DNA from: Chrysochromulina tobinii
Taxonomy: Eukaryota
Length of the DNA: 37,396 nt
Assembly: GCA_001275005.1 (NCBI GenBank)
Contig: JWZX01002977.1
Span: 1 to 37,396 of the forward strand
Reading direction: 5' to 3'
Shown here in pieces: positions 1 through 8,777 of the stretch. Below the pieces are notes generated by a model that had not been told where the DNA came from, did no database searches, and saw only the letters and a program-made list of their open reading frames with translations. The position numbers and the translations under genes are program-made. Every line of letters begins with the position of its first letter. Positions within the stretch are counted from its first letter, which is position 1.

Positions 1-2
1 CC

Positions 3-3000
3 CCCTCCGCACGGAGTCCGCCAAAGCCAAGCCGGCTGACACGGCACTTGTCGAGGCGAGGTTCAACGCCCACGTCCTCAACAAGATCCACGGGGCCCCA
101 ATCACCGCGGAGAACCTCGCGGCCTTCATCGAGAAGTCAACTCGTCGAACCATCCCCAGACGAGCACTCCCTGGCGGCCGCTCTTGGGATCGACATCGCT
201 ACCGCCGACTTCGATCCGAGCAACACCCGTTGCCCTGACTTCGTGCCCGGGTGCTCGGGCACCTGCGCCCGTCAGTACGAGACCGACACCACCGACAGCG
301 CGAGCTCCGACGATGAACCCGATCCGGTCCCGCGCTGCGAGGAGTGCGCCGACAACCCCGACGAGCGCCTCTTTTCGCGGGTGCTCAAGTTCCTGCCGCA
401 CTTCTGGGCGTGCATCGTCACAGGCATGCTCCTCGGGCTGGACCCAATGGATCGAGAGCTACTCGACGACGACGCTCAGCTCATGTTCGTGGTCCACGAT
501 TGCGTCGAGGTCAAGCGCGATCATTCGGCCCGCACCATCCAGGTACGGTGGCGGCGTTTCAAGGCCCGCCGGTCAGGCGCCTGCCCCCCGCCGCCCGCCG
601 AAGGGGCACAAAAAGGGCCGCCCGCCGACGAACCCGCCGTGTCCGCCGAACAACTCGCCGACGATCCCGCCGAACCTGCCGACCCTTCGCGCGACGATGC
701 GAAGCGGGCGGCGATGGCTCCGCTACTCATTGCCACGCGCATGGCAGCCATCCTCGACGCTCGTCGCCGTCAGCGGCTCTCCGCTGGGCCGCCGGCCATC
801 CGGTGGCTCGCCGCCTCGGCCATCGGCATCGTCCTCCTCGCGCTGATCGCAGGAACGCTCGCTGGACCCACCTCGGTCCCTATCCTAGCCATCGACGGCC
901 CCTTTACGGACGGTGACCCGGGCGGCGACGCTGCCCTCCGCTCCGATGCCCTGTCCTCGGTCGCTCATCGGATCTCCGAGAGACTCCTCGCTCGTGCCGC
1001 GTACCACGTCCTGTTGGCCTTCGTCACCACCATCTTTACCGTGGCAGTGCTCTGGCCTTCAGCCTTCGCAGCCGTCGCCGGACGTCAGCCCGCAGACGTT
1101 ACTCGAGGCCTTACGTACGTGATGGCCACGCCGATGATCGGCCTCGTCAACGGAGCTTGCTCCCTTGGACCTGCCACCGGCCGGTCGACGGCCGCCATCT
1201 GGCTCGCTCGGGGCACGTCGTCCGCGGCCTCGGCCCTCACACGCCTTCGGCGCGCGGCGCCCATCTTTGTCGCCTTGGCCCTTCTCGCATCAGCTCTCCT
1301 CATCGGTCCAGCCGCCTCCGACTACCACAGCGCCGTTGCCGTCGCCCATGGCACGAACGTCATGCGCATCGACCTGCCATACTACGGCAGATGGATGCCA
1401 CAGGGCGCTACCGCTGACGAGACCCTCCGGCAGTCCTCCCTGGACCCAGCCGCCCTCGAGGCCCTCGTTGCCGGCGCCGCCAGCAAGCATCCGGCGGCGC
1501 CGATTGGTGTCCTCAAGCTCCATCCTGATTCCGGCTGCACCGGCAGCAACACGCCGCACCTTCACCTGCTCGCCAACCCTCGCCCTTGCGACGAGATCTA
1601 CTCGCAGGCGAACGGCAACATCTCGAGGTGCGAGGCCATCGGTGACCTTCCCGTGATCGTGCGCGACAAGCAGGGCACCACTGTTCAGCTCACCTTCACC
1701 AATGTGCGTTGCGTGCCCGACTTCAAGTTCTCGCTCCTCTCGGTCAAGCAGCTGTGGAACGAGCAGGGCATCGACGCGCGCTTCTGCGACATCAACGCGC
1801 TCGTCCTCCCGAACCAGTCGGGCCTCATCCCCTACGACCCGGCTCGGCCGCTGTCCACCATCAACGCGGTGCCCTGCGCCAACGTCGCCGCCACGGCGCA
1901 CCACGTGCCGCCCACTAAGTGCCCCCAGACGACCCTCGAGGCGCTCGCGTCACTCGGCTTCCACCAAGTCGGCTCGACCTCTCACCTCGCCAAGCTCTCT
2001 GGAGTACAGATCGGCGCGCTGATGCATCGGCGCAACCACGGCGGCATCCACAAGATCAAGGCGTGCGTCCACGCGTCCAAGGATGGCCCCAAAAACCTCG
2101 GCGCCGCGGTTCAGCCGACGTGCCTCGACTGCGCGGCCACCCGCATCAAGGCCGCCGCACACTCAGGCCGACGTGAGCCGTGCACCGAGCCCGGCACCCT
2201 TCACATTGACCTCAAGGAGTTCGCGCGCTCGTACGGCGGCTACCAGTACGCGCTCATCGCCGTCGACGAGCACACACGGTACATCTTCACGCAGTGCTTA
2301 CGCCACAAGTCGGAGGCACTCGACGCCGTCAAGCGGGTTGTGGCCGAGTTCAACGCGATCGTCGGTACCCGCCTCGACGCCGACGGCAAGCCGCTCCCTC
2401 GTCCCACCGTTCGCACGATCATGAGCGACCGCGAGGGCAAGCTCATCTCGCACGCGTTCAACGAGTTTCGGGCCAACGCGAGCCTCCACCACAACACGAG
2501 CGCTCCACATGATCACGACCTCAACGGCATCGCCGAGCGCGCCATCGGCGCTGTCAGCGAGACGGCCGCGGCGCTCCTACATTCCGCCAACGCGACCGTC
2601 CTCGAGTGGCCCTGGCTCATTCGCTACGCCGTTGACTGGCACAACAGCCTGATCGGCGATACCGGCACCTCGTCGTCCGATCCCCAGATCTCGCCTTACC
2701 AGCGCCTCACGCACAAGCTGCCAGCCATCATGGACCTCGCCCGCTACGGCTGCCGCGCCGTCGTCCTCAAGCCACCCAACCAGCAGAACAAAACCGCGCT
2801 CGACTCGCGCGGATGGGTGGGCACTTTCTGCGGTCGCTCGGTCAATTCGCCCGGCTGCTGGGACGTCAACTGCAACGGCACCATCGTCAGCAGCTCCAGC
2901 GTGCAAGTCGACGAGGAACACATGCCGCGCCTCGGCTCGCAAGCGCACCAACCTCTACCGCCCACGGCCCCTTCGGCCCGCGCCTCGCCTCCGGATCCCG

Positions 3001-6000
3001 TGCCGCACCTCGATAGCGATCGGCCCGTCGCCCCGACAGCCCCGTCGGCCGCCCCGATCAACGCATCCGTGCACCACGAACGGCCCGCGCACAAGGCGCT
3101 CTCGCTGCTCAACCTCTTCAGCGGCCCTTACCATCGGACAGACGGCCTTGCAGCCGCTCTCTCTGCCCACGGCTGGACCAACATCACTCAGATCGACAAT
3201 GACGCCGAAGTAGGGGGGGGCTGGCAACACGACGTACTGAACGACGCGACGTACACGAAACTCCTCACTGAGTGCTCTGCCGGCCAGTACGACGCACTCA
3301 TGATCGCGTTCCCGTGCAGCACGTTCTCAGTCTCACGCTTCTTCGACGCCACCATCGACGGCCACGATTCAGGTCCCCCAGTCGTGCGCGACCACGATCA
3401 CCCCGACGGCATCCCCGAGCTCGACCCCAAACACGTCAAGGAACTCAAAACGTCCAACCTCCTGCTCGAGCGCACCGTTGAGCTCGCACTTGCCGCGCAC
3501 CGTTCGACAAGCAAGGCGACCATCATCCTTGAGAATCCGGCCGATCGATCCGTTCGTGGCTCCTCCTGCTTCTCGGAGGACCTCGCCAAGCACGGCTCGC
3601 TCTTCGCCACGTCCGCAGTCGCCCGCCTCATCGCCGGCCTCGAGAACTCGTCGACGGCCACCTTCGCCTACTGCCGGCTCGGCTCTGACTTCCAGAAGTA
3701 CACGACTCTCCTGTACACGAACGATGCGGCGCCCGTCCTCGACGACCTCAACCAGCACAACTACCAGTGCAATCACCCTCGCGGCTCGCACAACAAGGTG
3801 GGAGGCCGCGGCAACGACGGCTCCTTCAAGTCCAAGGAAGCGGCTCCGTACCCGCAGAAGCTCAACCTGCTCCTCGCGCGGGCTCTCACACTCGCGCGCA
3901 CGGGCTCCGCCGAGCCTCTCGAACACGCAGTCCACCCGGAGCCGACCATGGCACGGCAGCCAGTCGCCAAGCCGATCGCAGCTTCGCCACGCACGGCTCC
4001 CCAATTCGCATCGTCGCCGATCGGGCCCCCTCCTTCCACGATTCACGGGCCTCAGCCTACGCCACTTCCCTTTCCAAACCTCGATTCGGCCCTCTCACCA
4101 AAAGGGGCCGCCACCGGGGCCGCGAAATTCTCCGGCGACGATTTCATGCAACCCTCGGGGGGGGCGCTTGAGGGGCAGCCTCCTTTTGATGCCCCTCCGA
4201 CCCCTTGGATCCCTCCAGCCTTGCGCACCGCTGACGACTTCAAGCTCGCGGGTGCTGGCAGCCAGGCTCCCATCGGCCCTCGGCGGCCGGCAAGTTCCAA
4301 GGTCGACTACTTTCCGAAGCAGGCTACGCACAGGGAGTATGGCCCCAAGTGGCTTCCTGCGGTCCCGGAGGAGAAGTCCGGCACCGCCTCCGACCTCGAG
4401 CCCGATCAGCTCACTTCCATCGCCGAGCGCATGGAACACGCGGCGGCTGCCACCGCCTTCAGCGCCAACACCGTCAGCCCGAAGTCAGCTGACTGCGCCT
4501 TTGCTCTCTCGGCATGGATTGACGGCGTCGCTGTCCCACCCGGTGCCGTCAGCGCCGGCCCAGGAACATATGTCGTCGACCACGACGCGCTCGCGGCCCC
4601 ACTCCTTGACGCGGCCACTGCAAGCAGCGCCTCCAAGGCAGCGTTCGAACCCATGTGCGATGCCTTGACCGCGCTCAACTTGGGATCATTGCGTACAACC
4701 GGCGTCAGTGACGGCACCGTGCTTCTCGCGGCCCTTCGAGCCGACACGCCCGACGCTCCTGCAACTCACGCTCAGGCCGCGCAGGACCCGCGCTGGCTCA
4801 AGGCTGAGGCCGGCGAACTCGATAACCACAAGCGCAACGGCTCGTGGGAAGAGCTTCCTCGCTCACAGGTACCTCGCGGCCGCCGCGTTCACAAGCTGGT
4901 GTGGGTCTACAAGGTGAAGCGCGACGGCACATGCAAGGCACGCCTCTGCGTGCAGGGCTGCACACTCGAGGAAGGCATCGATTTCGATCAGACCTTTTCG
5001 GCCGCGCTTCGCTACAGCTCGGCTCGCGGCCTCTTCTGCTACGCCGCTCGCAAAGGCTGCAAGGTACGCAGCATCGACTACGTGGCAGCGTACCTTCAGG
5101 GCAAGTTCATCGAGGGCGAGGTCATCTACTGCCACATGCCGCCCGGCTACGTCGAGCTGGACTCCGACGGCATCCCTCGCGTGCTCAAGATTGTCAAGCC
5201 TATCTACGGCATTCCACAGGCTGGTCGCCGCCTTCAGCGCCAGATCTTCCCGTGGATGAAGGCGCAAGGCCTCAAGCCTCTTGATGATTCTGACCCGTGC
5301 GTCTTTGTGCGCGAGGATGACAGCGACGGCGAGATCTTCGTCGTTGGCCTCTACGTGGACAACCTCCAGATCGTGCACTCCGTCGACATCGACGACAAGG
5401 GAAACGCGCCTCCGGGCTCTTTCTGCGCCTCGTTCCTCAAAGCGCTCAACGAGACCTGGGACGTCCTCGATGAAGGTCCGATGGTTGATCTCCTTGGCAT
5501 CCAAGCGCGCCACAACGCCGACGGATCAATCACGCTGCACCAGGAGGCCTACATCGACAAGCTAGTGGAACGCTTCCTTCCTGGCGGCGTACCTACTTCA
5601 CTGCAGGGCACTTCGCTCCCTTACTCACGCAACCTCGACAAGCACGTCTCGGATGCGGCCGCCTGCACCGGTGTGGACTACCCGCACCTCGTGAAACCAT
5701 TCCAAGAGCGCATCGGCTCCCTCATGTATGCCACGACCTCGACTCGCTGCGACATTGCCTACCCCGTCCACCAACTCTGCAAGTGCCTGGCCAAGCCTAC
5801 GCCCGAGCTGATGGAGGAGGCAGACCGCATCATTGCGTACCTTGCGCGCCACCGTTCCGTCGGCATCACCTTCGACCCTGGTTCGACCGACCTGCACGCC
5901 TTCTCGGACGCGTCTTGGGAGGTTCGCAACTCTACCTCCGGCTGGGTCGTCATGTGGGGCAACGCGGCGCTCTCTTGGGGATCACGCAAGCAGAAATGCG

Positions 6001-6431
6001 TCGCTCTTTCGTCTTGCGAAGCCGAACTCATTGCGCTCTCCGAGGCTACCAAGGACGTTGTCTATACCCGCAAGTTCGTCGCTGGTCTCGACAAGTCCGC
6101 GGTCCGCGGCCCTACTGATCTTCGTACGGACAACATGGCCGCTCGCCACGTTTCGTACAACCCCGAGCTTCACGATCGGATGAAGCACGTGGCGCGTCGT
6201 CACTTCTTCGTGCGCGACATGGTTGAGTCCTTCGAGATCAACGTCCCTTTCGTCCCTACGAAGGAAAACGTGGCCGACTTCTTTACCAAGTCCCTTCCGG
6301 CCCCCGCCTTCTTCGCCTTTCGCAAAATCCTCATGAACGAGCGCGACCAGGCACCTCCTCCTTCTAAGCTCTCGCCCTTACTCGTGGGTCTCGCTATGGT
6401 CGAGGGGGGGGCGTCCGAAGGAAATGCCTGA
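3..6431 (+). CDS. Copia polyprotein (protease, integrase, C5-DNMT, reverse transcriptase, RNase H); 5' partial
   Basis: The frame is open from base 3; the track's TTG at 48 is not a credible start. Protease DSG at 1527. HHCC finger HRRNH (2025)...CLDC (2121-2132). Integrase D 2208, D 2427, E 2535 with exact D-35-E spacing. SH3-like IN tail to ~2916. RT motifs KARLCVQG, IDYVAAYLQG, YGIPQAGR, YVDN (5352). RNase H FSDASW (D 5907), SSCEAE, TDN, ADFFTK. Confidence 0.93.
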   Translation, partial: PSARSPPKPSRLTRHLSRRGSTPTSSTRSTGPQSPRRTSRPSSRSQLVEPSPDEHSLAAALGIDIATADFDPSNTRCPDFVPGCSGTCARQYETDTTDSASSDDEPDPVPRCEECADNPDERLFSRVLKFLPHFWACIVTGMLLGLDPMDRELLDDDAQLMFVVHDCVEVKRDHSARTIQVRWRRFKARRSGACPPPPAEGAQKGPPADEPAVSAEQLADDPAEPADPSRDDAKRAAMAPLLIATRMAAILDARRRQRLSAGPPAIRWLAASAIGIVLLALIAGTLAGPTSVPILAIDGPFTDGDPGGDAALRSDALSSVAHRISERLLARAAYHVLLAFVTTIFTVAVLWPSAFAAVAGRQPADVTRGLTYVMATPMIGLVNGACSLGPATGRSTAAIWLARGTSSAASALTRLRRAAPIFVALALLASALLIGPAASDYHSAVAVAHGTNVMRIDLPYYGRWMPQGATADETLRQSSLDPAALEALVAGAASKHPAAPIGVLKLHPDSGCTGSNTPHLHLLANPRPCDEIYSQANGNISRCEAIGDLPVIVRDKQGTTVQLTFTNVRCVPDFKFSLLSVKQLWNEQGIDARFCDINALVLPNQSGLIPYDPARPLSTINAVPCANVAATAHHVPPTKCPQTTLEALASLGFHQVGSTSHLAKLSGVQIGALMHRRNHGGIHKIKACVHASKDGPKNLGAAVQPTCLDCAATRIKAAAHSGRREPCTEPGTLHIDLKEFARSYGGYQYALIAVDEHTRYIFTQCLRHKSEALDAVKRVVAEFNAIVGTRLDADGKPLPRPTVRTIMSDREGKLISHAFNEFRANASLHHNTSAPHDHDLNGIAERAIGAVSETAAALLHSANATVLEWPWLIRYAVDWHNSLIGDTGTSSSDPQISPYQRLTHKLPAIMDLARYGCRAVVLKPPNQQNKTALDSRGWVGTFCGRSVNSPGCWDVNCNGTIVSSSSVQVDEEHMPRLGSQAHQPLPPTAPSARASPPDPVPHLDSDRPVAPTAPSAAPINASVHHERPAHKALSLLNLFSGPYHRTDGLAAALSAHGWTNITQIDNDAEVGGGWQHDVLNDATYTKLLTECSAGQYDALMIAFPCSTFSVSRFFDATIDGHDSGPPVVRDHDHPDGIPELDPKHVKELKTSNLLLERTVELALAAHRSTSKATIILENPADRSVRGSSCFSEDLAKHGSLFATSAVARLIAGLENSSTATFAYCRLGSDFQKYTTLLYTNDAAPVLDDLNQHNYQCNHPRGSHNKVGGRGNDGSFKSKEAAPYPQKLNLLLARALTLARTGSAEPLEHAVHPEPTMARQPVAKPIAASPRTAPQFASSPIGPPPSTIHGPQPTPLPFPNLDSALSPKGAATGAAKFSGDDFMQPSGGALEGQPPFDAPPTPWIPPALRTADDFKLAGAGSQAPIGPRRPASSKVDYFPKQATHREYGPKWLPAVPEEKSGTASDLEPDQLTSIAERMEHAAAATAFSANTVSPKSADCAFALSAWIDGVAVPPGAVSAGPGTYVVDHDALAAPLLDAATASSASKAAFEPMCDALTALNLGSLRTTGVSDGTVLLAALRADTPDAPATHAQAAQDPRWLKAEAGELDNHKRNGSWEELPRSQVPRGRRVHKLVWVYKVKRDGTCKARLCVQGCTLEEGIDFDQTFSAALRYSSARGLFCYAARKGCKVRSIDYVAAYLQGKFIEGEVIYCHMPPGYVELDSDGIPRVLKIVKPIYGIPQAGRRLQRQIFPWMKAQGLKPLDDSDPCVFVREDDSDGEIFVVGLYVDNLQIVHSVDIDDKGNAPPGSFCASFLKALNETWDVLDEGPMVDLLGIQARHNADGSITLHQEAYIDKLVERFLPGGVPTSLQGTSLPYSRNLDKHVSDAAACTGVDYPHLVKPFQERIGSLMYATTSTRCDIAYPVHQLCKCLAKPTPELMEEADRIIAYLARHRSVGITFDPGSTDLHAFSDASWEVRNSTSGWVVMWGNAALSWGSRKQKCVALSSCEAELIALSEATKDVVYTRKFVAGLDKSAVRGPTDLRTDNMAARHVSYNPELHDRMKHVARRHFFVRDMVESFEINVPFVPTKENVADFFTKSLPAPAFFAFRKILMNERDQAPPPSKLSPLLVGLAMVEGGASEGNA
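3099..3890 (+). other. C5 cytosine DNA methyltransferase domain within the polyprotein
   Basis: Motifs in canonical order: I LNLFSG (LFSG 3114-3125), II/III QIDND..HDVL, IV AFPCSTFS (catalytic PC 3312-3317), VI ILENP (3531-3539), VIII-like YCRLG..QKYT (3669-3704), X-like AAPYPQKLNLLLARAL (YP 3849-3854). Confidence 0.85.
6402..6411 (+). other. Polypurine tract (plus-strand primer) of the copia element
   Basis: GAGGGGGGGG directly downstream of the RNase H region, the typical copia PPT position. Confidence 0.75.
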
Positions 6432-6776
6432 CGCTGCACTGAGGCTGCTCTGTTAGACGGTCCCTGCCGTCTTGTGTTTGTGTGTGTGCCCCCTGTGTGT
6501 GGCCCTGCCCTGGCTTGCGGCCCCCGGAGCGTGGCACCGCGCCCGAGCTGATTGCGATCGCAATCAGCTCTGGCCGCGCTCGCATCCCGTTTGAGGAATA
6601 GCGATCGCTTCCCGCGGAGCGCGCTTTTCTCCTCAGGCGTGAGTCGGGGGCTGCTCGTCTGTCGAAGCTCTCTGTGCACTCCGTGTGCGACGCCTAAAGT
6701 TACTCACTACTACTCAAGTAGTCACTCTTTCCCACGCATAAATGTTGTGTTGTAACAGCGCAATACTTCAACGTCA
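6412..6776 (+). repeat. Putative 3' LTR (boundaries uncertain)
   Basis: Follows the PPT. CATAAA at 6737-6742. Candidate CA ends at 6757 (TGTAACA), 6770 and 6776. The 5' LTR is not in the window for comparison. Confidence 0.5.
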
Positions 6777-6968
6777 GGTCTTGAACGCGTGAGCTCGGGT
6801 TTTAAAGTTTTTCCAATCTTGGAAGGTGACGAACTCCTCAAGAATCCTTAAGGTCAACGCGGGAGGGGCTGCGGAGGAAAGAATCGGGCCAAGAATGCAC
6901 CAAGAAACAGAGGAGGGGCGCAGGCGGCCCGGCCCGACGAAAGTGTAAACCTGGCGGCGGCAGCAGAC

Positions 6969-8083
6969 ATGATGGTGAAACTTGCTTTTCGGCGGCAGCA
7001 GACAGATGAGCTGAAGAAAGAGATGTTCGCGGCTGCGGCGGTCGGAGACTACGAAGCAGCCGCGCAGCTTAAGAAGGTGATCACTGCCACTGAGTCAGCA
7101 ATGGAAGAAATCCTGTCGGTAGCTGAAGTCGCGGCTACAGAAGAGCTGAAAAAAGAGCTGGTCGCGGCCGTGGCGGTCGGAGATTACGAATGGTTGGCGG
7201 AGCTCAAGAAGGCGATCACTGCGATAGAGGATAAGGCGGCAGAAGTCGCGGCCTCAGAAGAGCTGAAGAAAGAGCTGGCCGCGGCCGTGGCGGTCGGAGA
7301 TTACGAAAGGGCGGCACAGCTCAAGAAGGCGATCACTGCTGCAGAGTCGACAGCAAAGCCGGCTTCTGAGCCACGGATGGCTCTGTTCGGTGTTGCCCGC
7401 CCCGCCCCAATGGGCGCAACGGTCGTGCTCAACAGTGGCATCGTCTACTACGTCCATGGGATGGAGAGGTGGGCTGACGACGTCGACGGCAAACTTGTCA
7501 CGGCGACCGGCCTCATCAAAACGGTTGCCATCACACTCGCTGGCATAGATGCCAGCAGCGCGCCTGGCGTAGACGTCTGCATTATTCGCGATATCGACTG
7601 GAGACTCATGTCATCGGAGCCCGAGCCAGATGTGCCCCCGCCCCCGGCGCCATTGGGCCAATCGCCCATGCAGTCGACCGTACTTCTCCCCGCCCCCGGC
7701 GCCATTAATGACGATGAGCACGACGAGCGTCCCCGCAGCCCCGGTTTCTGCCGCGGCAACATAAGGTCGCGCATACTAGGCCGCATCGGTAAGGAGGCGT
7801 TCTCTTCGTTGGCCCACTCCTCGCACGATGGCAAATATGACCCGTCTCATGGTATGGCCATGGAGCATGGATCGAAAGCCTCTCGCGGCCCTTCTGCCCG
7901 GCCGCCGCCGCCGGCGGCAAGAGTGGCCAGCTACCTGACACCCCGCCATGAGTTCTTCCCTCGTTCCCTGACATTTTCCATTGTTTTTTGCAGGTGGGTG
8001 CTGAGGCTGGAGCTGTTGCAGCTGTCTTCCAAGGCTGTCTTCGTCGATGCGGCGAAGGAGGCCCTGCAGTGAGTGAGTTTTAG
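6969..8083 (+). CDS. Hypothetical protein with three UVR (UvrB/UvrC-type coiled-coil) repeats
   Basis: Three copies of ELKKE..AAVAVGDYE.AA.LKK.I between ~7008 and 7340. A probable GC-AG intron at 7917-7993 (ends TTTTTTGCAG) gives a stop at 8083; the unspliced ORF stops at 8072. Confidence 0.6.
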
Positions 8084-8777
8084 CTGAACGAGCTACCCTA
8101 CACGAGTATGAAGGGACCCCCTGGTGTGAGTGGTGTGGGGGAATTTACTCATCTTGCCAGTGCTGCGCCTGCTGCGCGCGCCATGTTTGTGTTTCAATCA
8201 TACAGCGGATGACACGACAGATTGCGGTTTGCGCGTTGTCCGTTGACCGGACCGTTGTGTGTTGTGACAGCGCGAAGCAAGTCGAGGAAGCAAGTGTGTG
8301 TGAGTGTGGCTTGGTATTGAGAGATTAACATTAAGTTGTCGTGACAGTCAGCATGTGCCACAGAGAGCCGGTGGGGGAGAGTGCGCGCGGGGTGGGAGCG
8401 ACCGCGAAATGAACTGTCTAACTGACGAGCCCGAGCGAGCGTGGAGCGAGTACTCAGTACTTGTGTTCACCAAGGGGTGCGGAGCCGTCCTTTGAGACGC
8501 TGGTGTGGTCTGAGCGCTAGTGAGCGCGGGGGCACCGCGACGAAACTGACTGGCCCTCACTGACGATACTAAGCAAGCAAGCACGCTTATTGCGTTGTAC
8601 ATTGTAAGAGGCTTTTTCAGTCCTTAGGCAAAGAGTGCCTCGTCCTGCTCGGAGAGTGTGCCGTTGGCTCGCGGCCCGCCCGCACAGTGGAATCGCCACG
8701 CGCGCACCTGCACGCACGTCGCCATTAGAATGCCCTCTCAGCTCTTGGGCAATGATGGGGCCATCATCAGTGGGCTA

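Larger units (their letters stand above)
1..6776 (+). mobile_element. Ty1/copia LTR retrotransposon carrying a cytosine DNA methyltransferase domain (5' end outside the window; 3' end approximate)
   Basis: Copia domain order PR-IN-RT-RH in one ORF. Polypurine tract GAGGGGGGGG at 6402-6411 is followed by about 350 bp of LTR-like non-coding sequence. No introns, unlike most flanking host genes. Confidence 0.93.

Noticed and set aside
3099..3890. Bacterial restriction-modification system or contaminant as the source of the methyltransferase
   Set aside because: The domain is in frame within a copia polyprotein, with the same codon style and no nuclease partner, and the contig carries intron-containing genes.
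126..6203. Numerous overlapping alternative-frame and antisense ORFs in the retroelement (and over other genes)
   Set aside because: Expected in high-GC coding DNA. They translate to R/P/A/S-rich sequence without motifs.
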